Shown here: positions 37,189 to 49,919 of the stretch, piece by piece | How positions within the stretch are numbered: position 1 is the first letter of the stretch | Layout of the letters: each line of letters begins with the position of its first letter | Assembly: GCA_030295235.1 (NCBI GenBank) | Contig: AP026124.1 | Span: 2,418,001-2,473,220, forward strand | Length of the DNA: 55,220 nt | Source: Fistulifera solaris | Lineage: Eukaryota | Reading direction: 5' to 3' | Position numbers and translations under genes: made by a program | The notes under the pieces: model-generated | The model's database searches: none | What the model saw: the letters and a program-made list of their open reading frames with translations, nothing else | What the model was told of the DNA's origin: nothing

Positions 37189-37706
37189 ATGATGAAGATC
37201 AATCAACAGCGCTTTTTCGGGGTCCTTGCGGTTCTTTTCTTGCATCTGAATTCGTCATGTGACGCCTTTCTTCAGTCTTCGCAACATCACAGCACGCTTC
37301 TCTTTGTCGGAGGCAAGGGTTGGGAAAATAACAATTATTTGGATTCGTTGAGTGGCAATGAACAGGACCGGGAAAAGGCGCAACAGGAGTATCGAGAATT
37401 TCACGATTCGCGTCAAGCCTTTTACAACGACAACAGCAACGCAGTCAAACACCGGAAGGACAGCGATTCTTGCGTGAACAACAACAACAACAGCGAGCGC
37501 AGCAGTCTTCCAACAACTTTGCTGACGACGATGGCACGGGCGACTTTTTTGCCCAATTGGGCGAGAGCAGTGGTGGATCGCGTTTTCGGAAGGTCATGCA
37601 ACAAGCGCAGCGTCAACAACAAAAGAGTCGCACGACGTTTATTGATCCGGCGACGGGCCTGGAAATGAAATTTGCCGTTCCTTTGGACGATGAAGATGGA
37701 AAATAG
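37189..37706 (+). CDS. Hypothetical, probably plastid-targeted protein (frameshift ~37420)
   Basis: Signal peptide ending SCDAF; GGKGWENNNYLDSLSG; continues in the 37470-37706 frame to TAG. Confidence 0.6.
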
Positions 37707-38428
37707 ATTGGCAATCTATTGACAGATCGTATGGATGCAGTCTCGTTGTCAATAAAGGGGAACAATTAGTGAAAGTTTTAAGACAGTAATAACTGCTGCA
37801 TCCGCCGCATATGACTTAAGAGAAATTGATTTGATCATTAGGCGCTTAGATGAGCGTCGTATTGTTCCTCTTTCTATTTCTCACGCACTTTAAAACGCGA
37901 TCGACCCTTCTTAGCCGATTCTAAAAATAATTCGAGCTCTGGATGTGAGACACGTCTCACACACTCGAGCAGCTTCCGCTCTGGGATGGCATCAGGAAAT
38001 AGCTAGGGCATCAGGATTTAGACTAGAGCTTTTTTCCTCATCATCAAGATCTGTGTGCTTTAACTTAGACTAAGCCAAATGCCAACGCCTCGCCTCTGCT
38101 GGTTCCTTGAGAGCGTCCCGAATTTTTCACGTTCCAAAATGGAATTAGTAGACTAGTTAGGCAGCTAGGTCTACTTGTTTCGCCGGATTGCGTAGTTTAT
38201 TCACCTCAAAGACATCAGCAGCTCAAGCAGCTTTGAATGCTTCAGCATTTTGGAACAATTTATTCGCTCTGTCTTTTGTGGCAAAGAGCGTGAGTGGCAG
38301 CATGGGACTTATGACCGCACGAGAAAATCAGCGAAACTCCGACGCACTTTTCAATTTTTGAAAGACTACACCCTACCGTTGTCACAAATTTCTCAATGAA
38401 GCAAAAATTACCACCGAAAGTAAACACC

Positions 38429-39394
38429 ATGATGCTCATGAAACTCCTCACCCCTCTCCTGTTGCTCTTGTCGTCATTTTCTCTTCAAGTCTCGGCCGCT
38501 CCGTCATGCGATCGCAAAGACCGATGCGGCTTTCGTCGAAGCACGGTTTGCCGTAACGGTGTCGAAAGTTGTGCGTTCTTTCTCAGGGGGAGGGACCTGC
38601 GGGCCCTGTCCCACTACTCCAAAGGGACCCCGTTATCTCTATTGGGTCAAGGGTGACACACAAGACCCGGTTGGAGAGGGGAACGGGTCGATTGGCAGAA
38701 TTAACTTGGATAATCCGTCGGAAACATTGGTGTTGTCAGGCTTACCATTGATCACTGCGGCACTGGCAGTGGACTCTTCAACCGGCGATGTCTTTGTCGG
38801 CATGGAAAGTAAAGTTTACCGTTTCAAGGCGGATCTTACCCAGGGAATCGTGATTGCGGACGAAACAGCCCATGGCCTTGCTGTTGACAACGTGAACAAG
38901 AAGTTGTATTGGACCACCTTGGGAAACCAAATTCGTCGATCGAATCTCGACGGTACTGAAGATGAGTCAATCAGTACAAAAAACGCCGAGTTCATTGCCA
39001 TTGCTTTGGATTTGGTGAATGAGCGACTCTACGCCGTGGAGTGCCAATCGTACGAGGCGTACGTTTGCAGCATCAACGAACCGAGTTGCACACCCCTGGG
39101 TCTCAGTGCTGACTGTACCTCCTGCATCGCTGTTGATGTGCCGGCGGGGAAAATCTATACCCCGCAGCCGGACAATTTTTGATGCGAGCCGACTTGGATG
39201 GCGCTAATGCCGAAGAATTCTCATTCGGAGAGTTGCTTACCGGTGTGGCGGTGTCACCTTCCGACAAAGTAATCTATTGGTCCGAAAGAAACGCCATTAA
39301 AATGAAGCCCACGGATAGGAACGCGGAAGCCACCAACCTTTTGACATGGACCGATGATTTGGCGATCTACAGTGTAGCTCTCAGTCAGCCGTGA
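38429..39394 (+). CDS. Secreted YWTD/LDL-receptor class B beta-propeller protein with Cys-rich N-terminus (frameshifts ~38580, ~39180)
   Basis: Signal MMLMKLLTPLLLLLSSFSLQVSA; repeats YLYWV, GLAVDNVNKKLYWT..IRRSNLDGT, IALDLVNERLY, IAVDVPAGKIY..MRADLDG, VIYWSE. Confidence 0.8.
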
Positions 39395-40872
39395 TCTCAC
39401 ACGAAGTAGATAATAACTCTACTAGAAAAGTAAATAAACTCCGAGTCCTGTCGTCCTTGTTTTTTTAATATTCAAGAAAGATGTAGTCAAAACAACACTT
39501 CGTTGTTGGTTTCTATTATTTATTATTATTTGTTGTTCATTGTCGGCGTCCTTATTTTCTCGTCGTTTTGCGGTTTCATCGCGTTTATTTCTTTCTGTTA
39601 TCGTACTGCATATGAGGTCACAACTTCGTGATTCAACACGGGACTCATCCACAGCGCATCACCAAAAAATACGGAGCATACCAGTACAGTAACGACGCAC
39701 ACAATAAAAATCCCAGTATAGGTAGGTAAAGTACCGGTACCTAACGGAGTATATTATTCATCTTTTGATGATCTCACTAGCATATAACAAGGCCAGTTGA
39801 TGATGTTTGCTCAGGAGCTGCAATCGGACGAACGATGACTATCGAAACGTCACGGAAAGGAAGCAAAACGATTGGATAGGGAATGATTGCACGGCGAACG
39901 CATTCTTATTGCTCCGGGTGTGCTTCGATCGCTCCGCAGCGACGTGCCGCCGACATTTCAACAATCCGAAACGCGAGTGGCTGCACGAAATTCTTGGATT
40001 TATGATTTCATGCATGCTGCATGACCATAATGCGGCAGAGTTTTCGATGTCAATTTCGTACGTTGTACCGGAACGAATGTCGTGCGAAGGATTGAAAGTT
40101 GTTCGAAAAAGCGGCGTCGCGCAGGCAAAGAGACCCTAGTCTAGTGCGAGTATCCGGTGACCTTTTGACGAAGACCGGTCACTATAACCAAGAAAATACC
40201 ATGGCGTCGATTACAACAATCAAAAAAAACTCATTGGATGGCCACTCTCCCTTTCGGCCCCTAGCGCAACAAAAAAGGCGTAAGACACCGAATGTGAACC
40301 CGACAATGAATGAACATTTGCGGTTTCATTTATTTTCTAGGCGGCTGTCCGAGTATCAATTTATATGAGGCAAAATAATTGCTCGGAGAAGGATATGCAG
40401 GGCAAGCATGCGTTCAATAAAATTGTTCATTCTTTTCGTGTCGACGGTGACGCGAGGCAGTTTCCGAATTATCAATCATGTGAAACTCGATTTGGTGTAC
40501 GATGTTCGAGTCTTTTCCATCTCGTTCTCGCTGAACGGCATGCTTTCGTAGCTTACATTGTAGGAGACAATAATTACTTTGGGAGAAGCCACATTGAGCG
40601 GAATCGAAATATCCTATGGCCGAAGAAGGAACGCGGATAGTTTCGCTATCGGAAAGAATGATTTTTGAAGGATCTTCGATCATCTTTTCAGAAGAACCAG
40701 ACAAAAGCTGGTCTCTTTTGCAAGTATCACGTGATCCTTTGTCAAGGACCGGTAACGAAAGCATCAAAACTATGTGGATGCTGATTTTCACAATTAATGA
40801 AGCTCCAAATAACAATTTGCGAGGCCTCCCGCAATTCTGTCACCAGCACCACTCCTTGTACGCATCAGTCTG

Positions 40873-41725
40873 TTACACGCATTTCACAAAAAACTCGTTG
40901 CCCGTCGGTGTCGTTGGATGAGGACATTGCGTACTTGTAAACATTTCCGTTATGGTAACTGGACCATCTTTCCACGAACTATGGTTCGTATGGAAGATAC
41001 CGCACCTTGAAACATGTTCGTGACCTCTGTAAAACATTCGATACATGTTGGTGACAGCAGACATGTCCCATTCTTCCAGATTTTGGTTGCTTTCGCTAAG
41101 CAAAACATACCATTCATGTTGGTCACCACTGCGGTGTTCCATCCACCAATGGGTTGATTGAACACCGCAGCACCCAAAACATCCCTGACATGTCTATCAA
41201 CTTGGCCGTCACCTGTTTGGTATTCCAACCACCAATGTCTTGATCAAACGCAAAGGCATATTTGAACATGCTCGTCATGTCTGTGACTTTGCTGGTTTCC
41301 CAAACACCAATCGGTAAATTGAAGACGTCTGCACCGTTGAACATGGCCAACATACTGGTCACTCGGCAGTGTTCCCTCCGCTAATGTCTTGATTGAAGGC
41401 TTCGGCACCCAAAAACATGTCTTGCATACTGCTCACCTTTTGCAGTATTCCATCCACCAATGTCTTGATTGAAGACACTGAGAAAATAAAACCTTCCACT
41501 CATGTCAGTGACTGCGGAAGCATCCCATTTGCCGATCGGTTCGTTGAAGGTTCCCATTCCCAAAAATAAGTCACTGAAATTGGTGACGCGGGAGACATCC
41601 ATCGTATTGGGAGGCAGCCCACTAAGCGACGCTTGGTAGTTTTGCAACGCTCGGCAAAGGTCGGCCTTTGTTTGAGTCATCACTGCCCGATCACAACAGA
41701 AAAGGCAGAATAGGTAAGTGTTCAT
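40873..41725 (-). pseudogene. DUF285/BspA-like repeat protein pseudogene (copy 4)
   Basis: MDVSRVTNFSDLF, FNEPIGKWDASAVTDM, FNQDIGGWNT, FDQDIGGWNT; stop at ~41381 and several frameshifts; ends MFTSTQCPHPTTPTGNEFFVKCV*. Confidence 0.85.
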
Positions 41726-41927
41726 TATTTCAATGAACCAACCAACCAACCAAACAACCAACGAGGAACAGCAGGCGCTGAGGTTTTTTTTGTCTTTGGT
41801 TGAATGTGTTTGTAAATTTTTGAACCATACACCAGCATCGACTTTATAAAGCCGGTCTGCTATCAAATAAACTAGTTTCTATAACCTTTTGCATTATTTT
41901 TTAAAAGAACAAACAACCATATTCCAG

Positions 41928-42884
41928 CTATGATGCAGGGCATGTCACACAGAACTGATTGCCTGTCGGAGTCCCCGGGTGAGGGCAACTTGTGTCCGTA
42001 AACATACCCGTTTTCAAAGCAGCGGAATTCTTCCACGCACAGAGGTTTTGATTGAAGAGTTCAGCAGTTCGAAACATATCTTCCATTGTGGTGACTCTCG
42101 CAATGTCCCAGTTACCGATGGGCCGGTTGAACGAATCCGCTCCATCAAACATGCTTTGCATTGAGATAACTCTAGATGTGTCCCATCTACTCAAGTCTCG
42201 GTTGAATGACTCGGCATTGGCAAACATGAAACTCATGTCGCTTACCGCCGACGTGTCCCATCCTCCGATGGCTTGATTAAAGGCTCTATCGCCCCCGAAC
42301 ATGGAACCCATGTTTCTGACAGCAGAAGTATCCCATTGACTAATATCTCGATTGAAATTAGTATTTGGGAACATGGCGGCCATGGTTGTGACCGCGGCTG
42401 TGTTCCAATCACCAATGTATTGGTTGAAAGCATAGGCAGCATTGAACATATCAATCATGTCCGTGACTGCCGAAGTATCCCATTTTCCAATCTTTTGGTT
42501 GAACACTTCCGCTTGAAAGAACATGCCTATCATACTCGTAACAGCGGAAGTATCCCAGTCGCTAATATCCTGGTTAAAGTCTGTTGCTAAAAAGAACATA
42601 TAGTCCATATTGGTGGCGGCGGATGTATTCCAACGACCGATGGGTTCATTGAAGGTATAGTCTTCCGAAAAGAGTCGACTAAAATCAGTGATCTTCGAAA
42701 CATCCCAACAGTTGGGCTGAGGGACCGAAAGAGGATTGTAGTCTTGTATCGCATTTCGCAGCTCGTCTTTGTCATCAAAGGCCCGGGTTCCATTTGGACA
42801 CGGAGGCGGAGGCGGAGGTTGGTTGCCACAACCCGCAAAAAGGTCGTTACGATCCAAAAGAGACGATGCGTAGTAAAGATTCAT
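41928..42884 (-). CDS. DUF285/BspA-like repeat surface protein, open reading frame intact (copy 5)
   Basis: About nine ~25-aa repeats (FNQxIxxWDTSAVTxMxxMF), an N-terminal cap FDDKDELRNAIQDY...NCWDVSKITDFSRLF, and a Cys-rich tail LCAWK...CPHPGTPTGNQFCVTCPAS. Confidence 0.9.
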   Translation of the reverse strand: MNLYYASSLLDRNDLFAGCGNQPPPPPPCPNGTRAFDDKDELRNAIQDYNPLSVPQPNCWDVSKITDFSRLFSEDYTFNEPIGRWNTSAATNMDYMFFLATDFNQDISDWDTSAVTSMIGMFFQAEVFNQKIGKWDTSAVTDMIDMFNAAYAFNQYIGDWNTAAVTTMAAMFPNTNFNRDISQWDTSAVRNMGSMFGGDRAFNQAIGGWDTSAVSDMSFMFANAESFNRDLSRWDTSRVISMQSMFDGADSFNRPIGNWDIARVTTMEDMFRTAELFNQNLCAWKNSAALKTGMFTDTSCPHPGTPTGNQFCVTCPAS

Positions 42885-42905
42885 TTTGTTTTGATTTTCT
42901 TATTG

Positions 42906-42977
42906 GATGAATGAATGAATGAATGAATGAATAATCGAACGAAAGAATGAATGAATGAATGAATGAATGAATGAATG
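42906..42977 (+). repeat. (GAAT)n microsatellite in the 5' flank of DUF285 copy 5
   Basis: Two interrupted GAAT runs. Confidence 0.85.
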
Positions 42978-43699
42978 GAGCGGTGATGTCTGGATTAAAA
43001 ACAGTTTTGTCAAACAAACATGAGAAAGAGAAAAAAGATCCAATAACGTGCAAGATGCCAGAGGGGAAATACTGGGTACTTGTCGAAACCTCTTCTTCGC
43101 AATTGTGTCATAGCAAACAGTACCTGGTACCGGTACCTGCACGACATCGAATTTCTTGACAACTACGGAGTAACCTACACAAAGAAATATTGCACGTGTC
43201 ACTTGTTATGGTGGTACTACCTTGAGAACAGAGCCAACATATACTCCTTTGACAGAGCGGTCACCGGTCACCCGACTGATCGAAAAATTTCGCTACTCCG
43301 TATCATTAGAAAAAAAGTTCGTGATCACATCCTCGTCATTTTTGCACATCTTTTTGGGCCGTTCATGAAGGATTGAAATAAGTGGCATCACACGGGATGA
43401 ACGAACCACCACCGAAACACTAAACATTGGAATCATCGATTAACGCATTCTTGGTGAGATGTCATGAAAGCCGGATGGGGCCGTCACGGTGGAAATGGCG
43501 TGGCAAGGTCATCAGTGGTGTGCGCGTACGTTCGATCCAAATTGTATGTGGTTCAATTGCTTGTAATGATCCAGGCGCATCATAGTTTGCCAGCACGCTG
43601 GCGCTGATGGCGTATATAGGTGTTACTCATCTCTCGTTTGGGTCCGGTTTGTTAGTGGATAGGATTGATGCTGCATGTGGGGTGGAACGATGATTCAAC

Positions 43700-44991
43700 A
43701 CCAAGCGACCGGTTTCGATGGATTAAGGGCGTCAGGATCAACCGGTGATGGAGGATGGCCAATCGCCCCTAAGTCTTTTTGTGTATCACTATCTCATTGG
43801 CACGAAGAGATATGAACAAAGTCGGGTTGGCAGCAATGAAAATAGTATCTACGGAGGCATCAAAAAAATCATCATGCTCCAACGCATTCATCAGAAAGCT
43901 TTTGTTGGCCTTGACTCCGCAAACATGAAAGTCACAAAGCGCTCGTCTCATTTTCGCAGCCGCTTCACGTCAATTGCGAGCATTGGCTGTAATCTTCACT
44001 GACAGATTCTGGCGAATCAACAACGCGTGATCCAGTCCAGAACGAAACAACAATCAACCAGTGAAACGATCAAAACAAATGGTAGCGACAACAAAAGGAT
44101 ATTAATTGTAACGGAACCGTATCGTTGCTTAGCATGCCAACTAAGTCAACTCGCTCTAGCATGCCAACTATTGCTTTACACGGATGAAAACTCGACAAGT
44201 CGAAGTCGTTCAATAAATACAGTCTTTCAATTAATAAGCTTATTCGCTATCCAGACTACTTCTCTCAACAATCGCCTCAAAACTAAAGACAATAGGTTTT
44301 CCTGCAATGGAGTCTTGTATCATGTTCTTTTTCTCTTTCTTTTGTCCATGTGCCAATAACATGTTTCATGTGCTTCCTTGAATTCAAATAAAGTGAAGCC
44401 GTTGCTCTTTTTCTCAAATCATGGCAAGTAGGCAAGGAGACTGGAAATACAACTCCCCGTTCGTCCATGTCATAAATCATCCTCCGATGTCATCCGGTAC
44501 TCCATCCGTCACTCCCCGTTCTTCATCCTCTTATCCATCCTACCGGTACCCCAACAGTACTCTATCCTATCTCCAATCTGATATTCACCAGCAGAATATC
44601 GTATTGAGGAGAGGAGTGATGCGTCCCAGTCCATCATCGAGCCAAATCCCCATACCCGCCGGCCAACGAAACACACTGATTGTTCTGTATCAGCACAAAA
44701 TTCTTGCGAAGGATCTTCGGTCTTCACACGGCACTGCGTCGCACAATCTTTCGGATACGGGATAGCATCCTGCGTCAAAACCAACCTCGGCAATGTCTTT
44801 CCCGACGCAATCAGAATTTGTAATTGCACCGTATTGATTCCGACAATCTCTTTCGTCACCGCATGCTCAACCTGCACACGCGGATTAACTTCCATAAAGT
44901 AATGATTTCCATTCTTGTCAACCAAGTATTCTGAAGTACCTGTGTTGCGATATTTCGCGGCACTGAGCAATCGAACGTCATCATTCAACAC
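43700..44991 (-). pseudogene. PYC: Pyruvate carboxylase (biotin carboxylase domain) relic, split by a ~0.57-kb unrelated insert
   Basis: 44600-44991: YRNTGTSEYLVDKNGNHYFMEVNPRVQVEH...QCRVKTEDP...VFRWPAGMGIWLDDG..RITP. Resumes at ~44005 with VKITA...MRRALCDFHVCGVKANKSFLMNALEHDDF...VDTIFIAANP...LGAIGHPPSPVDP. Confidence 0.85.
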
Positions 44992-46155
44992 TAGCCAAGT
45001 ATCTGCTTACTCAAACATGACTTACCACTTGCGATTGACGATAATCTCATTGGCTCGATTGCAAATGGTGTGATTTGGGTCTAGGAAAAGGTTGTGAGTT
45101 GTGAGAATGTGAGAGTAAAAATTTTGTCACGCACGTGTCCTCTTTTCGGCCGCGTATAATGGTCAAATATAGCTTCCTCCGTCTCAACGGAAACGTGTTT
45201 CGGTTACTTTGTTGAAAATTAGATGATGGTTATGTTTGATACACAATTTGTGTCAAGCAACGTTTGAAATTAAACAATCCACGCCTAATTATTTTTGATC
45301 AACGGAAAACTGTGCGAATGGCTGGCATTATTAAAGAAAGAGAAAAAGTGTAGCAGCACGCGACGCTTACGATGTTTTTTTTCAAAACACAAGACGGAAT
45401 AACAACGCCTAACTCGTTTCAATCAAGATGACTGTCAATCATCAAGCAATGATAAAACGATGATGTCCTAGTTGAATACGAACAGCAATGAAAACGACAA
45501 TACACGCCGTTACCATAATGTTTCTAATGCGGCCGCATTACAACTGCTTTTAGGTCATGTGCGAGGACGAGAAGAATTATTCATCGGCGACGAGAATGAT
45601 GAGTCTTTAGAAAAGGGAATGTTAAAGGCAAACGACCGACATGATGCATCTATAATTTCTTTGTTTGTCAAAGTGATACGATCGAACAGCGGGCGCTGAT
45701 TACACGCCACAAAGCATATTTGCCGACGGAATTATCGCAAGAGAAAGAAGATGACAATAAGATATCCTCGAGAGATGGTTTCGTGCACAATTGACTGAGG
45801 AAGACGAAGGCGATTTGAATGTCGGGTTTTCCCGAAGGGGTTTGCTATTTTCTCCGGAATTGGAAGAGGAGAGGAGATTGATACGAGAAAAAACCCAGAC
45901 AGAAGGGGAAGGCTTATTTTCCGAAGAACCTTCAGATCTTGGTAGTGAAGATCAAGACTCTTTTGAATTTCTGGATTCTCCTGTTATTATCGGCGAGATG
46001 GATGACAAGGAGGTGAATTCAGCCGCAATGAGTCCAGAAAATGATTTTTTTGTCGACCGGCTGCAAGCCTTTCTACCAGTTTTCGGAGACGATGCCTCGG
46101 AGAAACAATATCTAATTTTTTCCAACCGATGATTTACCCGATGAGTCGACAATGG

Positions 46156-46233
46156 AAGACTCGGACCTTTGCCAACCAGTATATAATCTGGAATAAGACT
46201 CGGACCTTTGCCAACCAGTATATAATCTGGAAT
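46156..46233 (+). repeat. Perfect 39-bp tandem duplication
   Basis: AAGACTCGGACCTTTGCCAACCAGTATATAATCTGGAAT x2. Confidence 0.9.
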
Positions 46234-46329
46234 CCGATCCAGACAATGAACAAAATTACAGCGAAATCTTTCTCTCCGTCTTTGGAACACTGTCGCCGAA
46301 TCGATCGCCGGCACCGACTTGGCGCCGTA

Positions 46330-46990
46330 GGGAAGCTCTTCTCTGGTTCCGAGTGCAGAACCGTCTTCTCAAATTGTGGAGGACAAAACTAGTATCAAGA
46401 AACATGTCCCCTTTTTCCGCTCCAATGGAGACATCCTTCCACGCGCACAGGTCTTGACTGAACGATGCGGCACCGTTAAACACTTGTATCATGACGTCAA
46501 CTTTTTCCGTAATCTATTTACCAATGTCCTGGTTAAATGCAGCGGCAATGGCAAACACACCAATCATGTTGACAACATTCCAGGTACCGGTATCCCAGTC
46601 GCCAAGGTCTTGATTGAAGGATGTGGCACCAGCAAACATTGCAAACATGTTCGTGACAGCTGACGCGTTCCAATTCGCAGTATTTTGCTTTAAAGATGTA
46701 GCAGCACAAAATATTCCGCCCATGGAAGTGATTCGTGACGTATCCCAATTGCCGATGGGTTTGCTAAAAGCAATTGTATTTTCGAATAGGAGCTTAAATA
46801 TGTCACTCTCGACACATCTCATCAGTTGAGAATCAGGCCCTTCGGCGACGTTTCATCATCTAGGATTGCTTGTCGGAGATCGGCAGTGTCGTCAAAAACT
46901 CTTCTTCCGTCTGGACAAGATCGATCACGACATGAAGGGAAACAATTCGTCCGCGCAAAAGAGATAACGGGGATTGATAAACGTCCATTT
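46330..46990 (-). pseudogene. DUF285/BspA-like repeat protein pseudogene (copy 6)
   Basis: CPDGRRVFDDTADLRQAI cap, PIGNWDTSRITSM, FNQDLGDWDT, FNQDIGK* (Trp to TAG), FSQDLCAWKD...MFLDTS. Confidence 0.82.
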
Positions 46991-47255
46991 TCCCGCAAAA
47001 GCGATTTTCAGCTCTCTTGAGAGTGACGTAAATAATGTGAACAAAGAGAAAGGAAGAATTTATTTGTGTGAAATGCTGGCTTGGATCAGCTCCGTAATTA
47101 CAAAGACGAAAATTAGATTGTAAATGGGCTGTTAAAGGCAAGCGTCAAAGCACGACATATATTCTATTGTAGTAATGCTGAAAAATAACCAAAAAAAACA
47201 TACAAGGCTGACCAGAAATTGAAAACCTCAGACTCGGGGACACCGTAGGAGGTGT

Positions 47256-48741
47256 TTAAGGGTCCTGTGCTTCAAGTGGCGTTGATGGAGCCGACTCTGT
47301 TTTATCGTTACAAAAGTTTCCCGGAGCATTGCAATTGATGCGCTGACAGAGTTCTTTTTTCAACGCATCATCACTCAGCAATATACCGGCGTTGGTACCT
47401 TCACAACATGCATCACCTTCGCCGCGCTCTCGACAGAGGCATGCCATGTCAATGAATACATTTTGCTGATTGAAACTCAAGGTTTCCGGGGCGTCTTTGA
47501 CTTTTGCCTCGCTGTAAGCAGCCACCAAACGATTGTACTCGGGTCGTAGTAATGAATCATTCCCATCCTCATCAGCAGTGCTGATCAAATCAAAACATTG
47601 CTCTGCATCAACCTCCTCACTCAATCCAGAAGTTGGCTGAGCAAACGTCACCGTTTGATTGTTAAAATAAGGCCGCAAGTTACGTTCATTCCAGCCCGTC
47701 ATTCGAAACACGCTCACAAAGTCGGTTGTATTAAGAGTCTTTCGATTCGGGTCAATGGCAGCCGACATGACAATACCAGGACACACCAAACATCGGTCTG
47801 TTTGCAAAGCCAGGCTGGGAGATTGTAATGAGTGAGTATATCGAATGGTGAACGGGTAAGCTCACGTTATTATTGGCAGCACTCACCCATTGTTTGCAAG
47901 AATAGCATCGCCTACTACACACGCATCTTGGAAGCAAAGTTTTCCGTCTTTGTATGTAACCCACAGGTTTCCACACGGAGTTGCCGAAACTACCAAAAAT
48001 CCTTCACCCAGCAATGTGGTATCGTAAATATGAGGCACCATGTTGAATAAAAATACATTATTACGCGTTTGTGACGCGTATTGTGAATTTTGAAACTCTT
48101 CAACAAGTACCGAGTCCCCTTTCAAGTATTCATCCATTCGATTGAAGTCCTCTTCTGTACAGCCAATCCAGCTATACCCGTCGGGTGTTTGTCGTGATAA
48201 TAGCGAAGAACTGTTGGTGGCGTCCATTACCGAGACTAAATGGGGATAATAATTCGGAATCAAATCGGCCAGCGACACAGTGTCAAACGACGTTGGCAGC
48301 GGACGATCGATGACATGCAAAACACCGTTTACGACTTGTCGATCCGCCGACAATATAATTGCACCCGCAATGGTTCCGTCAGCTCTGACCGGTAATGTCG
48401 CGTTTGCCAGCGATATGAGCTGGGTGAGTTCCGCCAGCGCATTTTGCAACAGCAATTCATTCGGAATGAAATGATTCCGCAGCGTCTCCTTCAAATGTCG
48501 ATTCCAATTCCGATTCATCCATCGTGAAGAAGTCTTTAGATACTCGTCAGTCGGCGCGAACAATATGTAGGTTACAGTCCGATCCGACAAGAGACTCAAC
48601 AAATCGGGAAAATAATTTTGCAGGCTTTGTGAAAGATGGTGCAGTTCTCTTGCTGCTCGAGCCTCGAGCACTGTCTCGAGATTCTGTGCCGTACACAACA
48701 GTGGGAGTAAGTAAATAGCAGGAACGATGGTGTCGGACCAT
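47256..48741 (-). CDS. Fasciclin (FAS1)-domain secreted protein with Cys-rich C-terminal domain
   Basis: FAS1 H1/H2 motifs TYILFAPTDE...LRNHFIP...ADRQVVNGVLHVIDRPL, and a second degenerate FAS1 ending AILANNG. Intron 47815-47886. 5' end appears frameshifted. Confidence 0.82.
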
Positions 48742-49115
48742 TGTGATGGATTGTAAGTTGTAGAGGAAAAGCAAAAGCAAAATTTTTGGCTTGGGCATTT
48801 TTTGTTGAGGTCCTTCAAGACGATGATCATGCGGTGAGAATGAAGAACAATTGGGACATAGAGCCAAGTGGCATCACTCTCTCTAATCCAGTAGTCCGGG
48901 GCCACCGATCGATGATCGATGTCCGTAAAATGACCCTTTCGAATTAGTTAGCACGTGTGCCAGTCCGACGTCAAACGGTATCTTTTTTCCTTTCTCACTT
49001 CCTTCATGACACGATGGTGTCAGCCGTTTTTCCCCTTTCATCGAGATCGGTGATAATCATCCATAAGGATGAGAAAGTCGCGCTTTTCATTGGCATTAAC
49101 CACCTTTTCTCCACC

Positions 49116-49768
49116 ATGAAATATCTGTTACTTACGATACTTTACTGCTGTCGTTTGCTTCTTTTGCCGGCAATGTCATGCGCTTGGACGACGCGTCCTC
49201 TTCCCAGGCCGATAGTCCGAACGCCGATTTTCTTGCCTCGACAGAATCAGCTACCGCGTCGTACATTCACATCGTGTCCAGCAAAAACGAATTCCACAAG
49301 AGATACGGCACGATCATGGATGGGCTTGAGTTTAACGGCCATTCGAGCGACGGCACGGGCTGCTACGGGCATCAGTTTGACGGCAATCTACGCGAGCACT
49401 TTGGCAGCGACGAGTCTCTGGATTCGTCAAACAATGAAATGGATCTTGTCGCTTGTACCCCCGCCGCTGAGATATTTCGCACAACCGTTTCTTGTACTGT
49501 ATTCGCCCCACTGTTTTGGATACGGCAAGTCAGTCACAATGGCGCACGACGGAAACACCAAAAAGGGACGCATGAAGCTCTTCTGGAAGGTTGGAAACAA
49601 GCTGTCGCACAAGCAGATAAAACGGTATCATACTGGCCGATTCATGTTAGTCAAGATGGAGCTCTGGAGTCCGATTTGTCGGAAATGGATGTTTCCGACG
49701 CAATTTCGGAATCGATTGAACTTACTACGACAAACACAAAGATGCTCCATAATTGCCGAACTTCTTGA
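49116..49768 (+). CDS. Hypothetical protein with signal peptide (frameshift ~49500); last unique gene before the telomeric modules
   Basis: MKYLLLTILYCCRLLLLPAMSCAW leader; LSLTAIRATARAATGISLTAIY...PLRYFAQPFLVLY continues as APLFWIRQV...EGWKQAV..ADKTVSYWPIHV. Confidence 0.65.
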
Positions 49769-49919
49769 TGTGTCCCTTTTCAGGGATACTCCTTCCCTAT
49801 TTTTCTGGGTAATATACGGTTTGCTTTTTAATTTATCATCTTTATTTGTGTTTCAATGAAATTCGCTAATTTTTCTTTGTGTAGGATCCGTACTGAATAA
49901 AGAATCTATGGGACACAAA

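Noticed and set aside
37930..38250. AGCT-rich intergenic DNA with hairpin TGTGAGAC-AC-GTCTCACA (37944-37961); similar composition at 35480-35715
   Set aside because: No TIR/TSD pair or RNA-gene structure could be established.
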